Positions 9,910-18,966 of a stretch of DNA of 64,000 nt are shown here, one piece after another. Location: NCBI GenBank assembly GCA_000996355.1, contig LCAH01000007.1, positions 11,089 through 75,088 of the forward strand. The letters run 5' to 3'. Origin of the DNA: Candidatus Uhrbacteria bacterium GW2011_GWC2_41_11 (lineage in GTDB: Bacteria; Patescibacteriota; Patescibacteriia; UBA9934; GWF2-40-263). The notes beneath the pieces are model-generated. The model did no database searches. It was not told where the DNA came from and was given only the letters and a program-made list of their open reading frames with translations. The position numbers and the translations under genes were made by a program. The stretch's first letter is position 1, and every line of letters begins with the position of its first letter.

Positions 9910-10887
9910 ATGGATGGAAAAAATGTATTTGGAATAGAAGGAGAAGTGAGAAGTAAGACCATTACTAAATATGAAAAAGATCAAAATCCTGAACGAGTAG
10001 AACAGATCAATGAAGGAGTTGAACATCCAAAATTAGTTTCATTTGATTTAGAAGGAGAAAAAGTTCAAATCGAATACATTGAAGTTCCTGCGAAAAAACA
10101 AGAACAACATGAAGGAGAAAAAGAAAAAGTTATTATTCTTTTTCCTGGTTTTTGTGCTTCCTATATTCCGTATGTGGGTGCGGTAAAAGAATTGGCTGGA
10201 TACATGGGAAATTATCGTATCATTTGTCTATCCCCATTGGACTCAGGAAAAAGTTCGTCTTTGAAAGAAAGTCATCTGCAAAAAATGGGCGAGGTATACC
10301 GTGCGGCATTTCAGAAATTGGGAATTGATTCAGCTCATACGGAAGCAACCGTGATTGGTCATTCACGATCAGATATTATTGCATTGGAACTTGCGCGGTC
10401 TGTGCCAGAACTTGTGAAAAATATTGCGCTTGTGAATGGAATTACCGGGAAAAAAGAAGGTCTTGCAGGACTTACGTATGATTTTACTGAACACACATTT
10501 TTAGATATTACTCCGGAAAGAATGAAAGGACTTTTCAAAGGGGAAGTGGAAGCAGCGAGAAATTATTTGAATCAAACAAGAGACTTTTTGAGAAACATGT
10601 TGAAACCCACTCACATATTGAACCAATTTAGCTCATTGAATGAACGAAAAAAAGTGAATGTAAAGGAATTGCTTTCTCAATTGAAATCTAATGTCCTTAT
10701 TTTGAGCGGAACCGGAGATATTACGGATTATAAAGAAACACGAGAAAATATTTATGAAAATTTGCCAGAGAATATCCAGGCGGAACATCATTTGGAAATA
10801 GGTGGATTGCATGATGAGATCAATGCGCATCCAGAAGGATTTGTATTGAAGTTTCGCAAATGGATGGAGTCAGTGGAGAAGGTATGA
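9910..10887 (+). CDS. alpha/beta hydrolase fold protein
   Basis: FPGF oxyanion region, GHSRS nucleophile elbow, GTGD and GLHD candidate Asp/His. Confidence 0.8.
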   Translation: MDGKNVFGIEGEVRSKTITKYEKDQNPERVEQINEGVEHPKLVSFDLEGEKVQIEYIEVPAKKQEQHEGEKEKVIILFPGFCASYIPYVGAVKELAGYMGNYRIICLSPLDSGKSSSLKESHLQKMGEVYRAAFQKLGIDSAHTEATVIGHSRSDIIALELARSVPELVKNIALVNGITGKKEGLAGLTYDFTEHTFLDITPERMKGLFKGEVEAARNYLNQTRDFLRNMLKPTHILNQFSSLNERKKVNVKELLSQLKSNVLILSGTGDITDYKETRENIYENLPENIQAEHHLEIGGLHDEINAHPEGFVLKFRKWMESVEKV

Positions 10888-11020
10888 TTGAATAGATGTA
10901 GAAAATATTTAATATGTCAAATAAACTTGACATTTTTTTATTTTTTTGATAACATAAGGACATTCATCGTCCTTTTTTGGTAGATATAGCCACAATATGT
11001 GGCTTTCACGAGGAGGAAAA

Positions 11021-11491
11021 ATGAGTTTGAACCGGATGGTCGCAAACGCGCGGCAAAGAGAGCGAAACAACGAACGCCGATCCCGTTGTCGGGAAGCGAT
11101 CGATGAATGTCTACGGGCTGTCCGCGGGGTGGATGGGGCAACCTTCGATGATTTCCACTGGATTCAGAATCGTATCACGGATCCGGTCGTCTCGGCTGCT
11201 CTGAGGGATGAAAATGTTTCCCTTCAGGAGTATGTCCAGTGGGAAGCGGCTTACAAAGCCGATACTCCGAATCGGAATGCACGAGAACTCGCGAGAAAAT
11301 GCGAGGAAGCACAATCCGCTTTGGACGACTTTCGTAAATCCGCGGATTGGTTTGATCAAGAGGATTTGATTTCAATTCTGGAGTATCGTCACTTGGTTGG
11401 TGACGAGGCCTTCTGTATTGAATTTCATATTTCTCAAGACGAACTTGAGAAAATTGATAACTGGGAGAATAAGGATTTGGAAGATTGGTGA
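11021..11491 (+). CDS. hypothetical helical protein
   Basis: AGGAGG RBS, upstream TTGACA, downstream hairpin+T tract. Confidence 0.75.
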   Translation: MSLNRMVANARQRERNNERRSRCREAIDECLRAVRGVDGATFDDFHWIQNRITDPVVSAALRDENVSLQEYVQWEAAYKADTPNRNARELARKCEEAQSALDDFRKSADWFDQEDLISILEYRHLVGDEAFCIEFHISQDELEKIDNWENKDLEDW

Positions 11492-11583
11492 TCTTCCAAA
11501 AAAATTCGCGCACATGCGGGACGGAGAGCGTGTATACGCTCTAAGTCCTGTGTGTGTTTTTTTTGTTTATACGTCTAAAAATC

Positions 11584-11611
11584 TTGACAGGTAGGTTATT
11601 TTTGTTATACT
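11584..11611 (+). promoter_or_regulatory. sigma70-type promoter of the kinase-vWA-PurA-like operon
   Basis: TTGACA-16 nt-TATACT. Confidence 0.6.
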
Positions 11612-11823
11612 TTATGTCTATAATACATTTACTATTTTTTATTTCAAGAAACTTGATGTCATTTTGACTAAAAATGGCTTGACTGACAACAAATTTCATG
11701 ATAGGTTCTTCGGTCTTTCTTTTCGCCCCAAAATTCGTCAATAATTGTTGGCAGTTTTAGGGAGGGAATAAATCTCTCACCAAATGGTGATCTTTCACAA
11801 TTAAAACAAAAAAAGGAGAAATC

Positions 11824-13551
11824 ATGACTCTTGATCCTAAGATGTATCTGTCAATTTCTGTGCCTGAAAATTTGAGGAATGGACTCATTGCTATGATGGT
11901 TCGTCATTTCCTCTTGAAACAGGTCATCGGAAACGAATACGTAGCATCTCAAGCCGCACGTGAAATTATGACCGCTTTGTACGGTTTTCATTCAACGTTC
12001 GCTCAGATTCAAAGCACGTCAAAAGAAGATTTTGAAAAAGCAACTCAAAAAGCCGGTATTTCTGGTATCCCTGTGGCTGGTTTCAAAGAACTCCCGGACG
12101 TGTGGCATCTGGTGAATCCTGAAACTCCGATGTGTTCCCATTGTGGGGATGTACCGCTTTCGAATAATGGATCCTTCATTCAGAATCTGGTTGTTGGGTC
12201 TAAGTGTCCCTTCTGTCATGTGGGAGAGTTTGTTCTCATTCCTATGACTTTGAAAAAGATTACTTGGACTGACGGCAGACTTGTGGATCCGTCTATGAGA
12301 GAAGATTATCAGTTCATCACAGGAGAACAAATTCCTCTGGATGATGACTTGATTATGGATTGGGTCAATGTTCGTATTCAGCCAGATCTTAAACAAGCAT
12401 TGGTAGAAGCACAGGTTTCCATATATGGATTTCTTGCTTATGCCAACTTGGTTCGCAACGCGTTCAGCGGTCGCAAGGAATCCGAGGAAGGATTGTGCAA
12501 GGCTGTTGGTTGGTTGCTTGAGGATCCGGAAGTATGCAACCTGCCGGTTTCTATTATGGCTGAAGAGGCTATGAAAGCCCGGCAGTATGTGGAAGAAAGA
12601 GAAGTGACGAACATGCCACGGATTTTGAAGTCCACGAGCGTTATCCTTCCTGTATCTTCTGTTGTGGCAACTGTTGTGAATCCGTTTGCTCCGATGAATG
12701 AACGAGATCCAACATCCTATATACGGACTCGTCTACTCGCATCTGGAGATATGGCTGATATTTATCTTGGCCATCTCAACGATCCATTCGCGGACAAACA
12801 GGAGACAGTGATCATCAAGGTGTACCGAGATGCAGAAGACACTGGGATGGCTCGTAACGAGGCACAAACTTTGGAGCGTTTATACGGAAGTGCTGAGACT
12901 GAGAAAGCTGAAGGTTTCCTTCATGGATTTCCCAAGGTTCTTGCATACGGACCAGTAACGGATTCTGACGGAGTTGTGCACGAATGTAATGTGTTTTCGT
13001 ACACTCCTGGCTACATGACTTTGGAAGAAGTTTGTCGTGACGATCATCGGGTCGATATTCGAACAGGTGTGTGGATGTTCAACCGTATTCTCGAAATGCT
13101 TGGTTGGATTCACCAGCACGGCATTATTCTTGGATCGGTTCTTCCATCCCATATCCTTGCCCAGCTTGATGAACACTGGATCGTTTTTCTTGGATGGCCC
13201 TATGCAGTTCATGAGCCAGAGAAAACCGGTGCACGCATTCTCGCGGTCAGTCAGGCGTACGAGTCTTTTTATCCGGAAAGTGTGTTTCGAAAGAAACCGC
13301 CGTCTCCGGCAATGGATATCTCGATGGCTGCGCGGTGTGTGATCCAGGTTGTAGGTGGAGATCCGATCACGGGGAAATTGCCTCGTGGAGAAGATCCGCT
13401 ATTTGAGACGATTTTGAAGACAGCTGCCGGTCTTCATGGTTCTGTTCCGTTCAAGAACGCTTGGCAGTTGCATGAGGCGTTCGGAGAAGTTGCGCGTTCC
13501 GTTTTAGGGCCGCGTAAGTTTCATCCATCCCGGGTGTTCAAAAAAACCTGA
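11824..13551 (+). CDS. Ser/Thr kinase-fold protein (likely pseudokinase) with N-terminal Zn ribbon
   Basis: LASGDMADIY glycine loop, VIIK, NEAQTL; catalytic loop LGSVLPSHIL and LGW in place of HRD and DFG; CSHC...CPFC. Confidence 0.85.
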   Translation: MTLDPKMYLSISVPENLRNGLIAMMVRHFLLKQVIGNEYVASQAAREIMTALYGFHSTFAQIQSTSKEDFEKATQKAGISGIPVAGFKELPDVWHLVNPETPMCSHCGDVPLSNNGSFIQNLVVGSKCPFCHVGEFVLIPMTLKKITWTDGRLVDPSMREDYQFITGEQIPLDDDLIMDWVNVRIQPDLKQALVEAQVSIYGFLAYANLVRNAFSGRKESEEGLCKAVGWLLEDPEVCNLPVSIMAEEAMKARQYVEEREVTNMPRILKSTSVILPVSSVVATVVNPFAPMNERDPTSYIRTRLLASGDMADIYLGHLNDPFADKQETVIIKVYRDAEDTGMARNEAQTLERLYGSAETEKAEGFLHGFPKVLAYGPVTDSDGVVHECNVFSYTPGYMTLEEVCRDDHRVDIRTGVWMFNRILEMLGWIHQHGIILGSVLPSHILAQLDEHWIVFLGWPYAVHEPEKTGARILAVSQAYESFYPESVFRKKPPSPAMDISMAARCVIQVVGGDPITGKLPRGEDPLFETILKTAAGLHGSVPFKNAWQLHEAFGEVARSVLGPRKFHPSRVFKKT

Positions 13552-13569
13552 AAAAAAGGAGAGATTGAA

Positions 13570-14580
13570 ATGGCAAAAGGATGGAATACATCGACCCATC
13601 AAGAGGTTGAGAAGAAGATGCAGCAGGTCAAGGAAACAGGCGGAAGTGTGCCAAATGATGGGACAAATCCATACCTGGTTCATCCGCTTATGGATCCTTT
13701 GAAGATCAAGAGTGGCATAAGGGAAAGCTGTGATAGTGCGGAGCAGCTTTTATCGCTTGCCATTATTTTTCTCATGGATGTGAGTGGTTCCATGGGGTTT
13801 GTTCCTGAACAACTCAGAACTCGCTATCTTTGTGAGCTCATGAAGTTTTTGCTTGGCGGGAAACTGGTTGTGGATCCACAGATCATGTTCGCCGCATTTG
13901 CGGACGTTGCAGATCGGTGCTTCTTGCAGGTTGGACAGTTCGAACTCGGAACTGAAATGCACGGGGATCTTTCTCGTTTGCGTATTGGTGGTGGCGGAGG
14001 AAGTGCAATGGCGCACGAAGCGCCGGAATATGCTCTCTATTGGGCAGCGACCCATACCAAGATTGATTGCTTCGAAAAGCGAAGAAAAAAAGGAATTCTC
14101 GTCATAACGACCGATGAAATGCCGAATGATAAACTCAAGAAAGAGTATGTCAGGCGTTTTATTGGAGATGGATTAGAAAACGACTTCACGATCGAACAGG
14201 TCATTGCACTTGTCCGACAGAAGTACGACATTTTCTGTCTGTACACCCATACAGGTTCGTATGGCAGCATGGACAAAGAGATCCGAGCCAGGTGGGTGGA
14301 GATCCTCGGATCCGAATATGTTTTCGACTTTTACCAGTCTGAAGATATTTGTGCTCTGGTCGGATCCATTATTGGATTGCGAGAGGAAATGGTGAATAAT
14401 CTAGATGATCTCCGTAATCGTCTCCGTGGTCTTGAGACTTCGGAGGAAACCATTACTCGGGTGTTGCGGACGGTTTATGGATACGCGACTCTTCTTGGAA
14501 GAGGTCAGGTCAATGGGGTGACCCAGAAGGCTGACGCTCCCGTTGAGAAATCGAAAACAACCGGCAATCGTCGGTTGTGA
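13570..14580 (+). CDS. vWA domain protein
   Basis: MIDAS motif DVSGSM, GGGG loop, ITTDE. Confidence 0.88.
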   Translation: MAKGWNTSTHQEVEKKMQQVKETGGSVPNDGTNPYLVHPLMDPLKIKSGIRESCDSAEQLLSLAIIFLMDVSGSMGFVPEQLRTRYLCELMKFLLGGKLVVDPQIMFAAFADVADRCFLQVGQFELGTEMHGDLSRLRIGGGGGSAMAHEAPEYALYWAATHTKIDCFEKRRKKGILVITTDEMPNDKLKKEYVRRFIGDGLENDFTIEQVIALVRQKYDIFCLYTHTGSYGSMDKEIRARWVEILGSEYVFDFYQSEDICALVGSIIGLREEMVNNLDDLRNRLRGLETSEETITRVLRTVYGYATLLGRGQVNGVTQKADAPVEKSKTTGNRRL

Positions 14581-14653
14581 TTCGCAGGTAAAAACATGAG
14601 GAGGCCTGCATACTCGCAGGTCTCCTTTTTACATCTTTTATATTGGAGGAATC

Positions 14654-16087
14654 ATGAACGATTTAGAGTTTGGTCGAACATCCTACCTGATTCGCGATTT
14701 GATATTTGGAGATAGTGGAAAGGGAACTATCGGAGAGTTTCTCACATGGTGGCTTGATCAATTCGCGCCAATTTGGTCAAAGGTTCATACAGTCATTCGG
14801 ACCGAGGGTGGTCATCAGGCCATACACAACAATATCCTTCCCGATGGACGACATCATGGATTTTCCCAGTTTGGGTCGGGAAGTCTCACGTCTCCGATTT
14901 GGACACACCATGCAAAGGGAATGATGGTCGAGCCACTGCACGCACTTGACGAGGGAAAGGATTTGCAGCATTTGGGCGTGCGGGATATCTTCGGCCGTTT
15001 GACTGTGAGTCGCGATATCCGAATAGTGACGCCGTTTCAACAGGCAGCCAACCGTCTTCGCGAATATGCTCGAGGAGTCGGACGGCACGGAAGTTGCGGA
15101 AAAGGGATTGGTGAAACTGCATCTGATGCACTTGCGATCGGAACCGATGCTCTTTATGCAAGAGATCTGATGGATTCTGCAATCCTTCGGGAAAAGTTGT
15201 CTCAGATTCAGGCATACAAGCTGGCTCAGCTCGCAGATCTGATATATCGATTTGGAGATGACAAAGCAATCTCGGCAGAGATCGACTGGCTCACAAATAC
15301 GGCAGCTTCATCGATTCTCGTCGCGTATCTTGGCGAGTTCGTCGAACGCGTGAAGATCGTGGAGAATGCACACATTGGTGGAATTCTTTCCAGGCCGGGT
15401 TCGGTGATTTTTGAGGGAGCGCAAGGAGTTCTCATTGATGAGTGGCGCGGGTTTCACCCGTACACGACATGGAGTACCTGTACGTTTGACAACGCGCTCG
15501 AACTTCTCCGCGAACACCAGTATGACGGCAGGATTGTCCGGATCGGAGTTGTCCGCGCGTATGCAACACGACACGGTGCCGGACCATTTATGACAGAAGA
15601 TCCATTTCTTACCAATGCACTTCCGGACACATATAACGTGACGGATGTTTGGCAACAGACGTTCCGTGTCGGCTGGTTCGATGCTGTGGCTGCTCGATAC
15701 GCAATTGCAGCATGTGGTCAGGTAGATGCATTGGCTGTCACTTGTCTTGATCGAATGCGTGATTTATCTCAGTGGCTCATCTGCACCGGATATGAATTAT
15801 CTGAAGATGATTCGAATGCGGCAAAGTTTTTTGAACTGGATCCGCAAAATCCGAGGATTGCGCGTAATATTCGGCTTGGACCTCACAAAGATCTCGTTTA
15901 TCAAGAGACCTTGACTGAGCAGTTGAAGCGTGTGAAGCCGATATATGAAGTCTCTGCCAATGCAGCAGACTTTGGCCAGCGTGCAGAGCAGCATCTTGCA
16001 CGAATCGAATCTGAACTCGGCGTGCCGGTCGCTATCACATCCTACGGTCCAACCGTTCTGGACAAGCGAATGGTACGCCCCGTTTAA
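14654..16087 (+). CDS. divergent adenylosuccinate synthetase (PurA)-like protein
   Basis: FGDSGKG, GGHQAIHN, GSCGKGIG, FEGAQG, TTWS, YATRHGAGPF, RVGWFD, TCLD, SYGP. Confidence 0.92.
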   Translation: MNDLEFGRTSYLIRDLIFGDSGKGTIGEFLTWWLDQFAPIWSKVHTVIRTEGGHQAIHNNILPDGRHHGFSQFGSGSLTSPIWTHHAKGMMVEPLHALDEGKDLQHLGVRDIFGRLTVSRDIRIVTPFQQAANRLREYARGVGRHGSCGKGIGETASDALAIGTDALYARDLMDSAILREKLSQIQAYKLAQLADLIYRFGDDKAISAEIDWLTNTAASSILVAYLGEFVERVKIVENAHIGGILSRPGSVIFEGAQGVLIDEWRGFHPYTTWSTCTFDNALELLREHQYDGRIVRIGVVRAYATRHGAGPFMTEDPFLTNALPDTYNVTDVWQQTFRVGWFDAVAARYAIAACGQVDALAVTCLDRMRDLSQWLICTGYELSEDDSNAAKFFELDPQNPRIARNIRLGPHKDLVYQETLTEQLKRVKPIYEVSANAADFGQRAEQHLARIESELGVPVAITSYGPTVLDKRMVRPV

Positions 16088-16177
16088 TAAGGGTTCGAAT
16101 AAAATCTTGAGGAATCGTTAAAAACGGTTCCTTTTTGTATAAAAAAACCGCTGCGGAGAAGCAGCGGAAACGAGTTC

Positions 16178-16936
16178 TTATTTCGGAAAAGGAAGAGCAT
16201 AAACAGCATCTTCCAAATATTGTTTTACTCGATCAATTTCCAAATCACCTTGGAGAGTCCGGAGTTCTGATTCCGTATCGATATTCACTCTTGGAAAGAG
16301 TTTTCCAAAAGGTTTTATACGCTCGATTGTCTTCAATCCGAGTTTACCTGCGATTCCGATGCCGATGTTGGGGAATCGACTCCGGACTTCAGAGATATAT
16401 GGACCAAGTTTTTTGATATCGAGCATTTTTCCCTTTGACCCATCTAGATCAAGGAGAATATCTGTCGGAGCATCGCCGTACTCTCCGACTTTTTGTGCGA
16501 GTTGTACAGGATCACTATGCACCTGTTCAAACGCATGATGTCCGACTTGGAGAATAAGTCGGAAGTGAGGAAATCGATTTCGATAGGCACTGAGAACAGT
16601 TGGGCGTGGCCAAGCAATGTTCATCTGGAAACCTTCGAAGTGTGGTCCAGCCAGAGTCGTGATCCGACACATTTGAAGAAACAAGGTGTCAAGATCTGGT
16701 GTCGTATAATGAACAAGGTTGAGTGTGGCTGGATCGTCAGGAAAAAGTTCGACCAGACGATGAATCAGTGGATACTTTTTTGGGTTTCCCGGTGGTTTCC
16801 CAAACAATGTTTTCATGTTCGCGAGCACTCCGATCATGAGCCGTCGTTTTGTCTCAAGTGTTTTGAAGTGTTTAAGCACTTGGTTTACTTCTGTCCGACT
16901 CATAAAGCCGGTGAAGCCGATGTATGGAGTTTTCAT
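16178..16936 (-). CDS. hypothetical protein, TrpF-like TIM-barrel pattern
   Basis: PYIGFTGF start, ILLDLDGSKG, GIAGKLG, NIDTESELR. Confidence 0.65.
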   Translation of the reverse strand: MKTPYIGFTGFMSRTEVNQVLKHFKTLETKRRLMIGVLANMKTLFGKPPGNPKKYPLIHRLVELFPDDPATLNLVHYTTPDLDTLFLQMCRITTLAGPHFEGFQMNIAWPRPTVLSAYRNRFPHFRLILQVGHHAFEQVHSDPVQLAQKVGEYGDAPTDILLDLDGSKGKMLDIKKLGPYISEVRSRFPNIGIGIAGKLGLKTIERIKPFGKLFPRVNIDTESELRTLQGDLEIDRVKQYLEDAVYALPFPK

Positions 16937-17057
16937 TGATACCTCCTTTTATGGTTGAAGTTTCTAGAATGATCCTAACTTGTTTAAAAAGGATGTCAAC
17001 AATTTTTGCTTGTCGGATGCGTTTGTTTTGCTTATGATGGGGTATGTTCACATTTTT

Positions 17058-17630
17058 ATGAAACTTCCTTTGATTTTTCGAAACATGCAAAAACAGTTTG
17101 TGAATGCTCAACAAGGGCGTTCAGCTGTGATACATGCATCAAATGATGCACTTAATCGTTCAAAACGTGCGATTTTTGCATTACATCGCGGAAACGCACA
17201 AACAGCGACAACACTGTTAGAAGAGGCTAAAATCTGTTTTCAAGATGCAGAACGACGATTTCGCACTAGTCCGGAATTAAAACATGAAGGTTCTTATCAG
17301 GCAGCACGTGAAGAGTATACGGAAGCAATGATATTTGCGGATTATCTTCGTGGTGGACGCTTTTCCATATCAGAGCCACGGATTGCAGATCCGCAGGTGT
17401 TTCTTGCAGGTCTTTCTGATGCCACAGGTGAGATTGTTCGGTATGCTATTCGTCAAGCAACGCATGGAAATCGAGAAGAAGTCACACGTGCTCACGAGAC
17501 CATTGAAATGATTATCCATTTTCTTTTGGAACTTGATTTGACCGGATACCTTCGTCAGAAGTTTGATCAAGGAAAAAAGAATTTGCGTACCATAGAAGAT
17601 ATCCTTTACGACTTAAGTCTCAAATCCTAA
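17058..17630 (+). CDS. translin/TRAX (C3PO-like) family protein
   Basis: SKRAIFALH, EEYTEA, LAGLSDATGEIVR, LRQKFD. Confidence 0.88.
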   Translation: MKLPLIFRNMQKQFVNAQQGRSAVIHASNDALNRSKRAIFALHRGNAQTATTLLEEAKICFQDAERRFRTSPELKHEGSYQAAREEYTEAMIFADYLRGGRFSISEPRIADPQVFLAGLSDATGEIVRYAIRQATHGNREEVTRAHETIEMIIHFLLELDLTGYLRQKFDQGKKNLRTIEDILYDLSLKS

Positions 17631-17635
17631 TTGTT

Positions 17636-18289
17636 ATGCCATTTACTCCGTCATCCTGGTATTTTTTCCGGGACGAATTCGACCTGTTGGAGGAGGAGAT
17701 GGACGCGATTCTTTATAAGCATGAACGAACACGTGATACATCCATTCGTGCCATGGAAGAAGAAATTATTGAGGAGCAGACACGTGTGGAAGGTCGTTAC
17801 GAAGAGGAGATTGCCCGATTTTTTGTCCACAACAAAGAGGATGGAGCGGAAGAGGATCATGTGCTGGAAGATGATCGTCCTCTGCGGGAAATGCTTAGAG
17901 AACATTGCGTTCGTGATCCATTATATCAACGGGCATTTTTTTGGGCGACAAATCTTTTTCAATGGGCAGGTCGGGAATATGGGAAACAGACATCAAAAAA
18001 TCGCGACTTGTTTGAGATTTATTTGAATGTTTGTTTGGTTCCGGTAAAGATTGCTTGTGCGCGTGCGGATGAAGCATGGGAAGATCCAAAAACATTGCCT
18101 GTTGTTGCAAAGGAATACGAATCCGCTCTTTTTTATCTTGTAAGAATGATTGATGCCTTGGCCCGACTCGAACGAAAAATAAAATCTCTTTCTCCATCTT
18201 TTATTCAGGAAGCGCGTTTTCTTCAACGTGAACTCGGACGGTTGCATGCACAATGTGTTCGGCAACAAAAAGATCGTTGGAATATTTGA
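17636..18289 (+). CDS. hypothetical helical protein
   Basis: 217-aa ORF tightly packed between translin and GT2 genes. Confidence 0.75.
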   Translation: MPFTPSSWYFFRDEFDLLEEEMDAILYKHERTRDTSIRAMEEEIIEEQTRVEGRYEEEIARFFVHNKEDGAEEDHVLEDDRPLREMLREHCVRDPLYQRAFFWATNLFQWAGREYGKQTSKNRDLFEIYLNVCLVPVKIACARADEAWEDPKTLPVVAKEYESALFYLVRMIDALARLERKIKSLSPSFIQEARFLQRELGRLHAQCVRQQKDRWNI

Positions 18290-18290
18290 C

Positions 18291-18965
18291 ATGGGTGTTT
18301 TACATCGGCCAAAAATAACGGCCATCATTCCTGCTTTTAATGAAGAAGCGACTATTGCTCATGTCGTAGAAGTTGTCATTTCTTCTCCACTTATCGATGA
18401 ATGTTTCGTGGTCTCAGACGGATCAACGGATCACACAGCTGAGATAGCGCGTCGAGCAAGAGCCACACAGGTTTTTGAACGATCTACTTGCGGAGGAAAA
18501 GGGGCAGCGATGTTGTATGCGGTTGCACAAACAGATGCGGCTATCCTTGTTTTTTTTGATGCAGATTTGCGTGGATTGACCACGGATCATATCGAACGAT
18601 TGGTTTTGCCAGTGATTTCCGGTGCGAAGGCTATGAATGTTGGTTTGCGTGATCGTGGAATGTTTTGGACGAATTTTTCTCGTTATTTGCCATTGATTAG
18701 CGGAGAACGCGCATTGATTCGTCGGATTGTTGATGAGATTCCTCCAGAGTATGTCCAGGGATTTATGGTTGAAGTCGCATTGAATTATTTTTGTAAATAT
18801 CACAAGCTGCGGTACGGATCCGTGTTTCTTCCAGGACTTTCCATCCGGCGAAAGTATGAAAAAGTGGGAATCAAAAAAGCGGCAGGTCAATATATTCATA
18901 TGTTTTTTCAAATTTTAACCGCCATGTTTATTCTTCGCATGGCAAGAATATTTAAACAATTTTGA
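18291..18965 (+). CDS. glycosyltransferase family 2
   Basis: IIPAFNEE, SDGSTD, GKGAA, FFDADL. Confidence 0.92.
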   Translation: MGVLHRPKITAIIPAFNEEATIAHVVEVVISSPLIDECFVVSDGSTDHTAEIARRARATQVFERSTCGGKGAAMLYAVAQTDAAILVFFDADLRGLTTDHIERLVLPVISGAKAMNVGLRDRGMFWTNFSRYLPLISGERALIRRIVDEIPPEYVQGFMVEVALNYFCKYHKLRYGSVFLPGLSIRRKYEKVGIKKAAGQYIHMFFQILTAMFILRMARIFKQF

Positions 18966-18966
18966 T

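Noticed and set aside
14654-16087. PurZ (Z-base synthesis) or housekeeping purA
   Set aside because: The catalytic Asp is retained, unlike PurZ; no datZ/mazZ/polymerase neighbours; the aspartate-binding loop of true PurA is absent
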